From Octopus sinensis (lineage: Eukaryota), in NCBI RefSeq assembly GCF_006345805.1, contig NC_043001.1, positions 37,386,001 to 37,450,000 on the forward strand: a DNA stretch of 64,000 bases. Reading direction: 5' to 3'. Positions within the stretch are counted from its first letter, which is position 1; each line of letters begins with the position of its first letter. Of the stretch, positions 26,148-38,820 are shown piece by piece. The translations under genes and the position numbers were made by a program. The notes under the pieces were generated by a model. The model did no database searches, had not been told where the DNA came from, and saw nothing but the letters and a program-made list of their open reading frames with translations.

Positions 26148-27413
26148 TCTTCTTAATATATAAAATTTGTTGTCTGTCTGTCTGTTTGTGTGCTTATAAC
26201 TCAAGTATTGTTCATCCAATCGCTCTGAAATTTTAAACAGGGATACATGAGAGAGCTGGGCGTTCTGTAATCTAAAAAGATTTTCAAACTCATGAGTTTC
26301 AAAGTGAGAATAGCTATTTTTGTAATCTTTAATGTCCTGTTTGTTCTGCCATTAAAACAACCAGTTGCTCAGACAGCCGGCATATACCATTTCGCTAGCA
26401 ACAAGGGGAGTACAGGATGTATAATTTCTTTATATGTTCAAAATTTTTTGTTTACAATATTGGGAAAAATATGCCACCAATCAAAAGACGTAATCTCTCC
26501 AGAAACAAGTATAAAGGAAAGAGGATTGTAAAAAACCGAAGGTGAGAGTCTGAAGAGAGAAGCTAGATGAGATTTTCTCAACATCAGTTTTAATGCTGGA
26601 TCATTAAATCAATGTTTTAATGATTAGACAGAGGTCCAATAGAATAGCTCTCAGAAACAGACATACAAATTCGTTCTTCACAACTCCTGAAGCTGTTTTC
26701 AGATATGATCCATCCCATTCTCATAAAAATAATAACTCTGTCCAAATTGGTGTACTAAACACAAATTGTCTTTTCTGTAGAGCTTTAAAATTTTCAAATG
26801 AAATAAATGGTATGTGCTGCTCAGGCGGTCAGGTAACATTGCCAGCACTATCAGCTCCTTCTCAACCTCTTATGGATCTTCTAGAAGGCATTTCCATCCA
26901 GTCAAAAGATTTTCTGAACAATATCAGACAATACAACTCTGCAAATGACATCTTTTGGTGCATCTAAGAAGATATATAAACATGAATTTACAATGACGTC
27001 AAAGTTCAAGAGCAAGTCTATCACCTCATTGGTTCCCTGTTACCCACAAATGAACAACTACAGTTCCTCCAAATTTACTTTATGAGTGATGTAGGACAAC
27101 AAGTCCGAAGGAGGTGTCAACATTTCAGATAATGGCCCGTGTTAGACACAGTGCTGATTGCTGCAAGAGAGAGTATATCCACTGACAGTTTCTTGGTGCG
27201 TTCAAAAATCACATAACCCCCACAGGTTAGGGCCTGAAATACTCCAAACAGACACATAGCATGTTGCTTAGTCGTATTAGCCAATCATTTACTCCACAAA
27301 TGCTTTGTTGTCAATGCTGCACTTTCCCATATCACCTGTTTCAACATAACTGTAATATATTATATACAAACTATGCCATTTTAATCCCAAGCAATGCCGG
27401 ATGTCTCTGCTAG
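26148..27413 (+). mobile_element. Helitron deletion derivative retaining a RepHel N-terminal fragment
   Basis: A|TCTTCTTAATATATAAAA start; CCCAAGCAATGCCGG...CTAG|T end; ORF 26620-26967 CLFCRALKF...MCCSGGQV.LP...FLNNIRQYNS is the conserved RepHel N-terminal region. Confidence 0.88.
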
Positions 27414-27617
27414 TATATGTATATATATGTGTATATATAGATATGTATATATTGATATATACATGTGTCTAAATATATATATACATGTCTAAATATATAC
27501 ATATATATATATATGTGTGTGTGTATATATATATTGATATATACATGTGTCTAAATATGTATATACATGTCTGTGTGTGTATATATATATATATATTATA
27601 TATATATATATATATAT

Positions 27618-28036
27618 ACATCATCATCATCATCATCATCATCATTTAACGTCCGCTTTCCATGCTAGCATGGGTTGGACGGTTCAACTGGGGTCTGGGG
27701 AGCCCGAAAGCTGCACCAGTCCAGTCAGATCTGGCAGTGTTTCTACAGCTGGATGCCCTTCCTAACGCCAACCACTCCGAGAGTGTAGTGGGTGATTTTA
27801 TGTGCCACTGACACAGGTGCCAGACGAGGCTGGCAAACGGCCATGCTCGGATGGTGTTTGTTACGTGCCCACAGCACGGAGGCCAGTCGATGCGGTACTG
27901 GCTACGGCCACGTTCGGATGGTTTTCTTGTGTGCCACGTGCCACCGGCACTGGTACCACAAAGATACAAATTCCATTGATGTTCATCTATTTTGATTTGT
28001 TTTGATTTTTTGATTTTCACTTGCCTCAACAGGTCT
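27618..28036 (-). mobile_element. RTE 3'UTR and tail, same subfamily as 1-1487
   Basis: Close reverse complement of about 885-1487 but with fewer tandem units; gtgtctaaatatgtatatacatgtct occurs on both sides. Confidence 0.88.
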
Positions 28037-28082
28037 TGTGTCTAAATATGTATATACATGTCTAAATATATACATATATATA

Positions 28083-28140
<58 letters not shown>

Positions 28141-28925
28141 ATTGCCTCAGGCTGACCAAGGCTTTGAGAGTGGATTTTGTATATAGAAACTGTACGAAGA
28201 CTGTCATATATATGTGTATACTTGTGTGTGTTTGTACCCGCACCATCGCTTGACAACTGATGTTGTGTTTACTTTAGCAGCTTACCACAAATACCCACAA
28301 ATGTCTCCATCTAATCTACATCTACATCTTAAAAATGGAAAGGACATGGATCTTTTCTGTTTGAACAGCAGTTTTTAACATAATTTCTAAGTAACTAAAA
28401 AATTTTAAGCTTCGTATACTGGTAGAATGTGTTTATAAAACATCTTTTTCTCTCGGCTTTATTGAGAAAATTCTATAGTTTGTAAGATATTTGTTGTTTT
28501 TTTTTCTTCAATTTCTGCAATTTCAACCAATCACTGACGTCTATTGAGGTAAAAAAAACATTGTGCTGTATGAATATGTCCCTCGTTTAAGAAACAGATT
28601 GGGTTTATTTACATTTGTGAAGAAAAAAAGCTACCCTTCCCCCCACCCCTAACCCTAACCATAAAACAGATTGAAATGCAATAGATCAATACTAGGGTCA
28701 TAATTATGGGTGACAATTTTATATGACACCGCTAGAAAAACCTGAGGACACATTAGATAGTAAAGTTCAAGTAAACACAAAGAAAGGATAGACACAGCTG
28801 GAATAGCTCTAATTATAAATTGATCGCCAAACATAAACATTTGGAATATGTGTGAACAGCATGTTACAATGCTATTTTGAATAACAATATATTTCTGACA
28901 ATAAAGAGCAAATCTATATAATACA

Positions 28926-31137
28926 GTGGACTTGGAGAAAGCCTTTGACGGGGTTCCCTGATCCCTTATCTGGTGGTCGATGCGGAAACTGTTGATTGAT
29001 GAATGGCTAATAAGGGCTGTACAGGCTCTATACAGAGAGGCTGTCAGCAAGGTTAGGATTGGCAACGAATATAGTGAAGAATTCCGGGTAGAAGTAGGTG
29101 TACATCAGGGCTCAGCTCTCAGTCCCCTTTTATTCATCATAGTCCTCCAGGCAAAATAACAGAGGAATTCAAAACAGGTTGCCCCTGGGAGCTCCTCTAT
29201 GCTGATGACCTGGCCCTCATAGCAGAATCACTACTGGAACTAAAAAAGAAATTTCGGGTGTGGAAACAAGGGTTAGAATCTAAGGGCCTTAGAGTAAATG
29301 TAGCGAAGACCAAAGTTATAGTATGCAGAAAGGCGAACTCAGTACACCCCCCCATCGGGCAGGTGGCCCTGCTCAAGCTGTAGGAAAGGTGTAGGTAGAA
29401 ACTCCATAAGATGCACCCAGTGTAAGCTATGGACGCATAAGAGGTGCAGCAACATCAAAGGGAAATTAACTGATAAGATAGCTTTCATGTGCGGCAGATG
29501 CACAGGGACAATAGACACCACAGACACTCAAAAAACAGATTCCATCACACTCCAGGGGGATAACTAGAAGTAGTTGATAGTTTCCGCTACCTGGGTGACC
29601 AAGTTAGTAGTGGGGGTGGATGCTCAGAGAGTGTCACCACTAGAATACGAATAGCCTGGGCAAAGTTTAGAAAGCTCCTACCCCTACTGGCGACAAAGGG
29701 TCTCTCACTCAGAGTGAAAGGTAGATTGTATGATGCATGTGTGCGAACTGCCATGCTTCACGGCAGTGAAACATGGGCCGTGACTGCAGAGGACATGCGT
29801 AGACTTGAAAGAAATGAAGCTAGCATGATCCGCTGGATGTGTAATGTCAGTGTGAATGCATGACAGAGTGTAAGCACCCTGAGAGAAATGCTAGGCATAA
29901 GAAGCATCAGATGCGGTGTGCAAGAGCGACGCTTGCGATGGTATGGTCATGTATTGCGGATGGATGAGGAGAGATGTGTGAAGAAGTGCCACTCCCGAAC
30001 AGTTGAAGGAATCAGGGGGAGAGGTAGACCCAGGAAGACATGGGATGAGGTAGTCAAGCATGACCTCAGAGCGTTGGGCCTCACTGAGGCAATGGCGAAG
30101 GAGCGAGACCTCTGGAAATGTGCTGTGACTACTAAGACCCGGGATGCTCCCGGCACCAGTTCCGCATACCCCCTGCCCATCCAAAGTACCTTGGATCCTG
30201 GAACATCTCGCTGTGCTTGAGGAGACCTGTCGAGTCAAGTGCATATACATGAACATCGAACCAAATATCAATGGAAACAGTAGTTGTGATACCTGTGCCG
30301 GTGACACATAGAAAGCACCATCTGATCGTGGCCGTCGCCAGTGCAGCCTCCACTGGCTTCTGTGCCGGTGGCACATGAACATCGAGCCAAATATCAATGG
30401 AAGCAGTAGTTGTGATACCTGTGCCGGTGACAGATATAAAGCACCATCCGAATGTGGCCGTTGCCAGTGCAACCTCCACTGGCTTCTGTGCCGGTGGCAC
30501 ATAAAAAGCTCCATCCGAACGTGACCGATGCCAACCCCGCCTCGAATGGATCCTGTGCCGGTGGCACATGAACATTGAGCCAAATATCAATGGAAACAGT
30601 AGTTGTGATACCTGTGCCGGTGACACATAAAAAGCACCATCCGAACGTGGCCGTTGCCAGTGCAGCCTCCACTGGCTTCTGTGCCGGTGGCACATAAAAA
30701 GCACCATCCGAACGTGACCGATGCCAACCCCGCCTCGAATGGGTTCTGTGCCGGTGGCACATAAAAGGCAACATCCGAACGTGGCCGATGCCAGCACCGC
30801 CCCGACTGGCTTCTGTGCCAGTGGCACATAAAAATCACCATCCGAATGTGACCGATGCCAGCACCACCTTGACTGGCTTCTGTGCCGGTAGCACAAAAAA
30901 AAAAAAAGCACCAACTGATCGTGGCCGATGCCAGACCCCTCTGGCACCTGTGCAGGTGGCACGTAAAAAGCACCCACTACACTCGCAGAGTGGTTGGCGT
31001 TAGGAAGGGCATCCAGCTGTAGAAACACTGCCAGACCAGACTGGAGCCTGGGGCAGCCCCTGGCTCCCCAGACCCCGGTCGAACCGTCCAACCCGTGCTA
31101 GCGCGGAAAACGGACGTTAAACGATGATGATGATGAT
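28926..31137 (+). mobile_element. 5'-truncated RTE LINE, close relative of 22301-24546, with expanded 3'UTR array
   Basis: Starts at VDLEKAFD; highly similar to 22840-24100; 11 gtgccggtggcac-type cores in 30290-30965; (GAT)n tail. Confidence 0.95.
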
Positions 31138-31162
31138 ATTCACATAAAAATGGTGTACATAT

Positions 31163-31543
31163 CTCTTTACTCTTTTACTTGTTTCAGTCATTTGACTGCG
31201 GCCATGCTGGAGCACCGCCTTTAATCGAGCAACTCGACCCCGGGACTTATTCTTTGTAAGCCCAGTACTTATTCTATCGGTCTCTTTTGCCAAACCGCTA
31301 AGTGATGTCAAGCAATGCTAGGGAGACAAACACAGACACACAAACATACACGCACACATACATATATATATATACATATATACGACGGGCTTCTTTCAGT
31401 TTCCGTCTACTAAAAACAAATCACAAAGCTTTGGTCGGCCCGAGGCTATAGTATCAGACACCCAAGGTGCCACGCAGTGGGACTGAACCCGGAATCATGT
31501 GGTTGGTAAACAAGCTACTTACCACACAGCCACTCCTGCGCCT
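31163..31543 (-). mobile_element. tRNA-derived SINE, family A
   Basis: Same family as 10552. Confidence 0.88.
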
Positions 31544-31937
31544 ATGTACAATATTTAGAAATATGTTATATATATTTACAATTTATTTACAATATTTTTC
31601 ACAATTATAAAAGTTTATGTTTAGATAACTATATGCCATTTAGTTTCAGACATTTTTGTAACCTCTGTTCCTGAGGCACGTTGACCAAAGTTACCCATTA
31701 ACAACAAGAATAATAAACCATTTCTAACAGAGGCACAAGATCTGAAATTTGGGGAAAGGAGATAGTCGATTAAAATGACCCAGACCCTGACTTGTACTCT
31801 ACTTTGTTGATGCCATAAGGATAAAAGAAAAGGCTCAGTTGGAAAGATTTGAACTCTGAACTTAAAGAGCCAGAACAAATATTGCAAGGCATTTTGTTCA
31901 ATGATCTACCAATTCAACAAGTTAATTACCCTTAACT

Positions 31938-32910
31938 TCATCATCATCGTTTATTGTCCGCTTTCCAAGCTGGCATGGGTTGGACGGTTTGATTGAGGAC
32001 TGGCAAACCTGGAGAATGCACCAGGCTCCAATCTGATCTGGCAAGGTCTCTACAGCTAGATAGCTGTAGAGACCTTCCTAACGCCAACCACTTCAGGAGT
32101 GTAGTGGGTGCTTTTTACATGCCACTGGCACGGGAGCCAGTCAACCACGCTGTATGTTTCTCTTTACGTTCCACTGGCATAGGAACCACGACAATGATTT
32201 TACTTGACTCAACAGGTCTTCTCAAGCACAGCATATTGCCCAATGACTGAAAGGTGCTCTTGAATGGACTGGTTCTGAGACACTAGCATAGGCAGTGGCT
32301 ACAGTCTCATTTGGTTTTGTCGGGTCTTCTCAAGCACAGCATATGTCCAAAGGACTCAGTCTTTTGTCATTGACTCTTTGAGGCCCAATGTTCGAAGGTC
32401 GTGCTTCACCACCTCGTCCCAGGTTTTCCTGGGTCTACCTCTTCCACAAGATCCCTCCACTGTTAGGGTGTGACACTTTTTCACACAGCTGTCCTAATTC
32501 ATATGTAACACATGACCATACCAGCGCAATCATCTCTCTTGTACACCACATCTCATGTCCAACTCTCTCAGGCCGCTTACACTCTGTCGTGTATGCACAC
32601 TGATATTACACATCCAGCGGAGCATACTAGCTTCATTTCTTACAAGCTTACGCATGTCCTCAGCAGTCACAGCCAGTGTTTCACTGGTGTGTAACATGGC
32701 TGTTCACACACATGCATCATACAGTCTACCTTTCATCCTGCACGAGAGGCCCTTCGTTACCAGCAGAAGTAGGAGCTCTCTGAACTTTGCCCAGGCTATT
32801 CTTATTCTAGCAGTTACGCTCTCAGAGCATCCACCCCTGCTACTGACTTGGTCACCTAGGTAATGGAAGCTATCAGCTACTTCTAGGTTTTCCCCATTTC
32901 CTATGATTAT
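31938..32910 (-). mobile_element. RTE LINE 3' part with UTR and tail
   Basis: Minus strand encodes the same RT C-terminus (GRPRKTWDE) and ends in a cat-repeat tail at 31938. Confidence 0.88.
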
Positions 32911-32934
32911 AGAATATGATAACCTATGATAACA

Positions 32935-33835
32935 GAGTCAACACCAGATAAATTGAAAAAAATTGAGAAATATCAGGATATAGCCAGAGAGCTGATGAGT
33001 CTGTAGAAGACTAGGACAATTATTCCTGTGGTAATTAGTACACTTGGCACAACACACAAAATGTTATCTAAGAGACTGGAATTGAGACTTGCACTGTCAA
33101 CCTACAGAAATGTGCCAACCTATATTCTACAAGAATCCTAAGAAAAATTGAGATATGAGGAGACCTCAAGATAAAATTCCTACTAATTAAATTAGCATGT
33201 ACTAGCTTAATAATCTTTTCTACCATAGGCACAAGGCCTGATGTACCAGCTCAATAATAGTAGCTATTTCTAATATAGGTACCCGAAATTTGGGGGAGGA
33301 GTATTAGTTGGTACCATCAGCTTCAGTATTTGATTGGTACTTTATTTTTATCAACTCCAAATCTCATTTGGTGGAATCTGAACTTGGAACTTAAAAAGCC
33401 AAAGCAAATATCATTATGCATTTTGACCAATGTTCTACCAACCAATTCAATCAGTTCACTGTTTTGAACAACAATAACAATAATAATCTTTTCTACTATA
33501 GGTACAAAGCCTGGAATTTTGGGAAAAGTGGGCTAGTTGATTACATACCAGTACTCAACTGGTACTTATTTTATCAACTTGAAAGAATGAAAGGCAAAGC
33601 CAGCAGAATTTGAACTCAGAACATAAAGCCAGAAAAAGTGCTACAAAGCATTTTGCTCAGCGTGCTGAGTGTTTCTACAAAAGTAGTCCCAGTTATTATA
33701 GGTGCCCTAGGCATCACCATCAAAAGACTTATCAGTTCTCTTATTGAGATTGGTGTAACTACCAGAGTTGCATTAAGTCAGAAATCTGCTGTATTAGGAA
33801 CAGCAGGGATTGTAAGAAAGGTCCTTGATATCTAA
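32935..33835 (+). mobile_element. Two remnants of an RLE-type (R4/Dong-like) non-LTR C-terminus (32935-33160 and 33665-33835)
   Basis: KIEKYQDIAREL...IPVVISTLG and VVPVIIGALG...QKSAVLGTAGIVRKVL. Confidence 0.7.
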
Positions 33836-34518
33836 GGAAAATGGTTGTGATCTGGTATCAAGGACATTGATTCTGAATGCAGAACATTTGAGCATGCATG
33901 AATAATAATAAATATAGATGGGTGCACAACACTACACACTGTCCAAAAAATAGCTCTACTACAAAAAACTTGCATCTTGTGCAAGACACTATCAATGCTC
34001 AATCTTCACATGCAAAACATCCTATACAATAAGCATATAATAATCTAAAACAACACAACTTGTGCAATATATACAAAATTAAGATCCAATAACACATTAC
34101 ACAGACCACACACAACAGAGCAAACACTAATGAAACAAGAAACTAAACCTCATGACAAAACAAACTGATGTAATACATTAACAGAAGTCTGCACCTCACC
34201 CCAATCCCAACGAAAATAAGTACTATGCTGCACACATCTCATAAACAGAGTTGTGAACTTAGTGATACAGTACAAAGTCATGAAATATCCAAAGAAAAAA
34301 TAATAATAATAACAATAGAAGAGATTTAGATCGTCACACTTCATAATTAACTAAGAAGATAAAAAACATATATAACAAAGTGTGACTGGCAATACATTAA
34401 GCTGAAACCTAAATTAGTTTCAGATAAATTAGACTAAAGTTTTCATGACTTCACATCCATTTATAGAAAGTAAAAAGAGGTCAAATTATTCTGAATGATC
34501 AATATTTTGTCTCAAGTA

Positions 34519-34752
34519 AAGGCGGCGAGCTGGCAGAATCGTTAGTATGCCAGGCGAAATGCATAGCCGTATTTCGTCTGCCCTTACGTTCTGAGTTCAA
34601 ATTCCACCGAGGTCGACTTTGCTTTTCATCCTTTCGGGGTCGATTAAATAAGTACCAGTTACGCACTGGGGTCGATATAATCGACTTAATCCATTTGTCT
34701 GTCCTTGTTTGTCCTCTCTGTGTTTAGCCCCTTGAAGGTAGTAAAGAAATAG
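34519..34752 (+). mobile_element. tRNA-derived SINE, family B, with Nin/Deu-like core
   Basis: ggcgagctggcagaatcg head, gagttcaaattcc B box, core tttcatcctttcggggtcga..aaataagtaccag resembling the Nin/DeuSINE domain. Confidence 0.8.
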
Positions 34753-36168
34753 GTATTTCATTTGTCTTCACGTGCTGAGTTCAAATTCTGCTGAGGTTCA
34801 CTTTGCCTTTCATCCCTTTAGGGTCAATGAAATAAGCACCAGCTGAATACTGGAGTTGATGTAACTGACTTACTCTTCCCCTAAAATTACTGGCCCTGTA
34901 CCAAAATTTGAAACCAGTATTTTGTCCTAAGAGTATCATTGTCAGACCACCATGCCATTCAGTTTACCTCATTTAGTTCTACCCGCTTTATCATACTTTA
35001 ATTTCTATCAAGACATGCTCTCAACCTGCCATAATCAATGCAATGAGAATGTACTTAAGCATCAGTGTTCTAATTTGAACTTGCTGATTCACAAGGATAT
35101 TCTTATTGCAATGATTCTTTAGTATATTCTCATTGAATCCTAACATAGTTACAAAAATCACTGACATGTAGTAAACACCATCACCACCACCACCACTACT
35201 ATTACACCACTGCCACCACCATCATCCTTGTTTTAATGTTCACTTTTCCATGCTTGTAGGGGTCAGATGAAATTCACCGAGACAAATTTTCTATGGCTGG
35301 ATGCTCTACCTGTTACCAACCTTCACCTGTTTCCAGGCAAGGTCGTATTTCCTCTAATTCTTAGAGCATAAACAACACTATAATGGTAATGTTTGTTTAT
35401 AATTAGTATATGATGTCAAGACAAGGAGACACAGACACACAAGATATACAAAAACACATATATTATCATATTATCATTTAACATCCTCCTTCTATGCTGG
35501 TTGGACAGGAGATAGCCAATCAGAAGATTGTGCTAAGCTCCTCCTACTGCATTGGTATGGTTGCTATGGCTGGATTCCCTTCATAATGCCAACCACTTTA
35601 CAGAGTGCCTTTTACCTGACAAATGAAATACCTATTTCTTTACTACCCACAAGGGGCTAAACACAGAGAGGACAAACAAGGACAGACAAACAGATTAAGT
35701 CGATTACATCGACTCCAGTGCGTAACTGGTACTTAATTTATCGACCACAAAAGGATGAAGATAAGACACTCTCAACTGAGTAGGGAATAGTATTGAGGGA
35801 GGTGGTTTTGTGCTAGGTGATGAGAGATTAGAGTATGATGAGACAGAAAAAGGTATTTTGCTGTAGAGGAGATACAAGGCTATTCTAGTTAGAGAGAGAG
35901 AGGAGTCAAATGAAGTAGTGCAGAGGGTTGGATAGAGTGAATAAACCGGCAAGATCATAAAATTGCAAAAGGAGAGTGGGAGATGGAGGGGAGGGAAATA
36001 AATGAGTGTACGTGGGTAGAGGGAGGGGATGTTGGAAAGATATGTTGCAGATGAGAAAGACTCATCAGACATGTTATAAGTAGATAGGTATGCAAGGGAG
36101 CGAAAGGTGAGTGGGAGATAGTGAGTGAACAAGGGTGGGAGAAGGGGAGGGTTAGGAAGATGAGTTGT

Positions 36169-36401
36169 GGCAGCGAGCTGGCAGAAACATTAGCGCGCCG
36201 GACGAAATGCTTAGCGGTATTTCGTCTGCTGTTACGTTCTGAGTTTAAATTCCACCGAGGTCGACTTTGCCTTTCATCCTTTCGGGGTCGATAAAATTAA
36301 GTACCAGTTATGCACTGGAGTCGATGTAATTGACTTAATCCCTTTGTCTGTCCTTGTTTGTCCCTTCTATGTTTAGCCCCTTGTGGGTAATAAAGAAATA
36401 G
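36169..36401 (+). mobile_element. tRNA-derived SINE, family B
   Basis: Same family; a minus-strand partial copy lies at about 35630-35760. Confidence 0.85.
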
Positions 36402-36929
36402 GAAGATAAGTAGTGGGGTATGTGTGTATACAATAGGCTTGTTTCAGTTTTGATCTACCAAATCCATTCTCAAAACTGGTTGAATCCTGAGTTTAAAATA
36501 GGACACTAGCCCAAGATGCCATGCAGTGAAACTGAAACCAAAACCATGTGATTATGAAGTGAATTTCTTAAAAAGACACTATGCTTGCACTTCTGAGGAT
36601 GGTAAGTCAAAGGAATACAATAAAAATCCAAAATCTGAAGGTGCTGGTTGTGGGTTCAAATTACACTGCTAGGGTCACTGTGCTGTGTTTCTTGACAAGT
36701 ATATAAATAAATCTATTTGTATCAGTTAATCAAGCTAATAAACACCTGCCACTCTTACATTACTGATTAGTGTTTTGTAGTCAAAAGAGCAACTGTAAAA
36801 GCAATTATTCCAAAAATATACAAATGTCAAAATAAAAAAATCATACAAATGTTAACTAGTTTTACGAATGTTTACTAATAAAAAACAACTAACGAAGAAA
36901 TTCAAGTAACGTTAACCCTGTATTACATA

Positions 36930-37507
36930 TCTCTCTATAAATAAACGGCAAAATGTCTGTGTGTGTGTCATCATCATCGTTTGACGTCCGTTCTCCATGC
37001 TAGCATGGGTTGGACGGTTCGACCGGGGATCTGGGAAGCCAGAAGGCTGCACCAGGCTCCGGTCTTATCTGGCAATGTTTCTACAGCTGGATGCCCTTCC
37101 TAACGCCAACCACTCTGTGAGTGTAGTGGGTGCTTTTTACGTGCCACCTGCACTGGTGCCAGGCGAGGCTGGCATCAGCCACAGTCGGATTGGTTCATTT
37201 TATGTGCCACCTGCACGGAAGCCAGTCGAGGCGGCACTGGCTTCGGCCACGATTCGGATGGTGCTTTTTACGTGTCACCGACACGGAAGCCAGTCCTTTA
37301 TACAAATCCACAACTTTTCAGTTAGAGGGCTTGCACTTTCTATGGTCATTCAAAACTGTCCAAGGGTGGTCGTGCATATCTTTACATTTCCCAGTCACCC
37401 CGCAAAGCCATTTAAAAATCAATAGAAGTGACTTTTTTTTAAAAATTTTCTATCCAAAACCCAATCAAAACGCCTGAAACTTGATACGCCAATTGAATGC
37501 CAGCTAG
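36930..37507 (+). mobile_element. Non-autonomous Helitron-like element containing a nested minus-strand RTE tail (about 36968-37293)
   Basis: A|TCTCTCTATAAATAAAC...tgtctgtgtgtgtg, then the RTE tail, then ...GCCAG CTAG|T. Confidence 0.7.
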
Positions 37508-38451
37508 TTGTATGTGGTAGTTCTTGTTAAATACACTATCAGTTTACTGATAACATCTTCAATCATCTTGACTCAGCAACTCATTTAAATCTTGTTTTCT
37601 AATGTTTAACTTACACCTTGTTTATTACTAAGCACACGTTTTATTCATTCACCTTCTGTAATCATAAACATTATGAATGTAGAAGGGTTCACCATCAGCA
37701 GTAGCAGATTTTCTAATGGTTCTGACTGTATGAAACTAATTAAAATAAATAACAACCTCTTAAGTTACTGTGGCTGGCAAAAATCAGGAAATTCTAGAAT
37801 ATCAGTTATCACGAAGAACTTTTAATTCAGAATACTATGTAGTCAAGTAAATGATTAGGTCTGGGCTCAAGAAAATCTGATATATGTGATGAAAGAAATT
37901 AGCAGTTCTAACATGATCTCAGCTATCAGACACAACGTTTTGACATATCCACAAAATCAGCAAGTCTAACAGGTTTGATGAGTTCAGACCTATCAGAATG
38001 ATCAATTCAAATACAGATCAGAAATCATAATTACACATTAGATATGAATAATTTATTCTTGCTTCACTGGATACAAAGCCATCAATCAACAAAATTCCCT
38101 ATTTGACCATTAAAATGTGTAACTACAACCTCTAAATAATCATACAAGTGGACAGCACATGTCAATCTTTTCAAAATATGTAGCACGTAGAATGTTCAGT
38201 TTGTCAGAGTATCTTTTCTTTACAAAGACTTGCCGTTTTTAACTTCACTTTCAGTGATATTTTTAGGGATGGCTATTTTAGATTATATAAAATTTTGTAC
38301 CTGTTTTTTTCAGCAAATAAACACATTCCTCACCAATCAATGACTTACAAAGTCCATTCAACAAGTATATTAATTACTGTCTTAACTGTACTAATTTAGG
38401 AAATAACTGAAGCTTAAGTTCTGCAATTTCAGGTATTTGAATAAATTCATA

Positions 38452-38820
38452 TACTCTTTTACTTGTTTCAGTCATTTGACTGTGGCCATGCTGGAGCACC
38501 GCCTTTAGTCGAGCAAATCAACTCCAGGACTTATTCTTTGTAAGCCTAGTATTTATTCTATCGGTCTCTTTTAGCGAACCGCTAAGTTGCAGGGACGTAA
38601 ACACACCAGCATCGGTTGTCAAGTGATGTTGGGGGGGGGGGGGCAAACACAGACACACAAACATACATATATACAACAGGCTTCTTTCGGTTTCCGTCTA
38701 CCAAATCCACTCACAAGGCTTTGGTCGGCCCAAGGCTATAGTAGAAGACACTTGCCCAAGGTGCCACGCAGTGGGACTGAACCCGGAACCATGTGATTGG
38801 TAAGCAAGCTATTTACCACT
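38452..38820 (-). mobile_element. tRNA-derived SINE, family A
   Basis: Same family as 10552. Confidence 0.88.

Noticed and set aside
28640-28665. CCCTAACCCTAACC telomere-like motif
   Set aside because: Only about two units, inside what looks like a dispersed repeat; too short to call an interstitial telomere.
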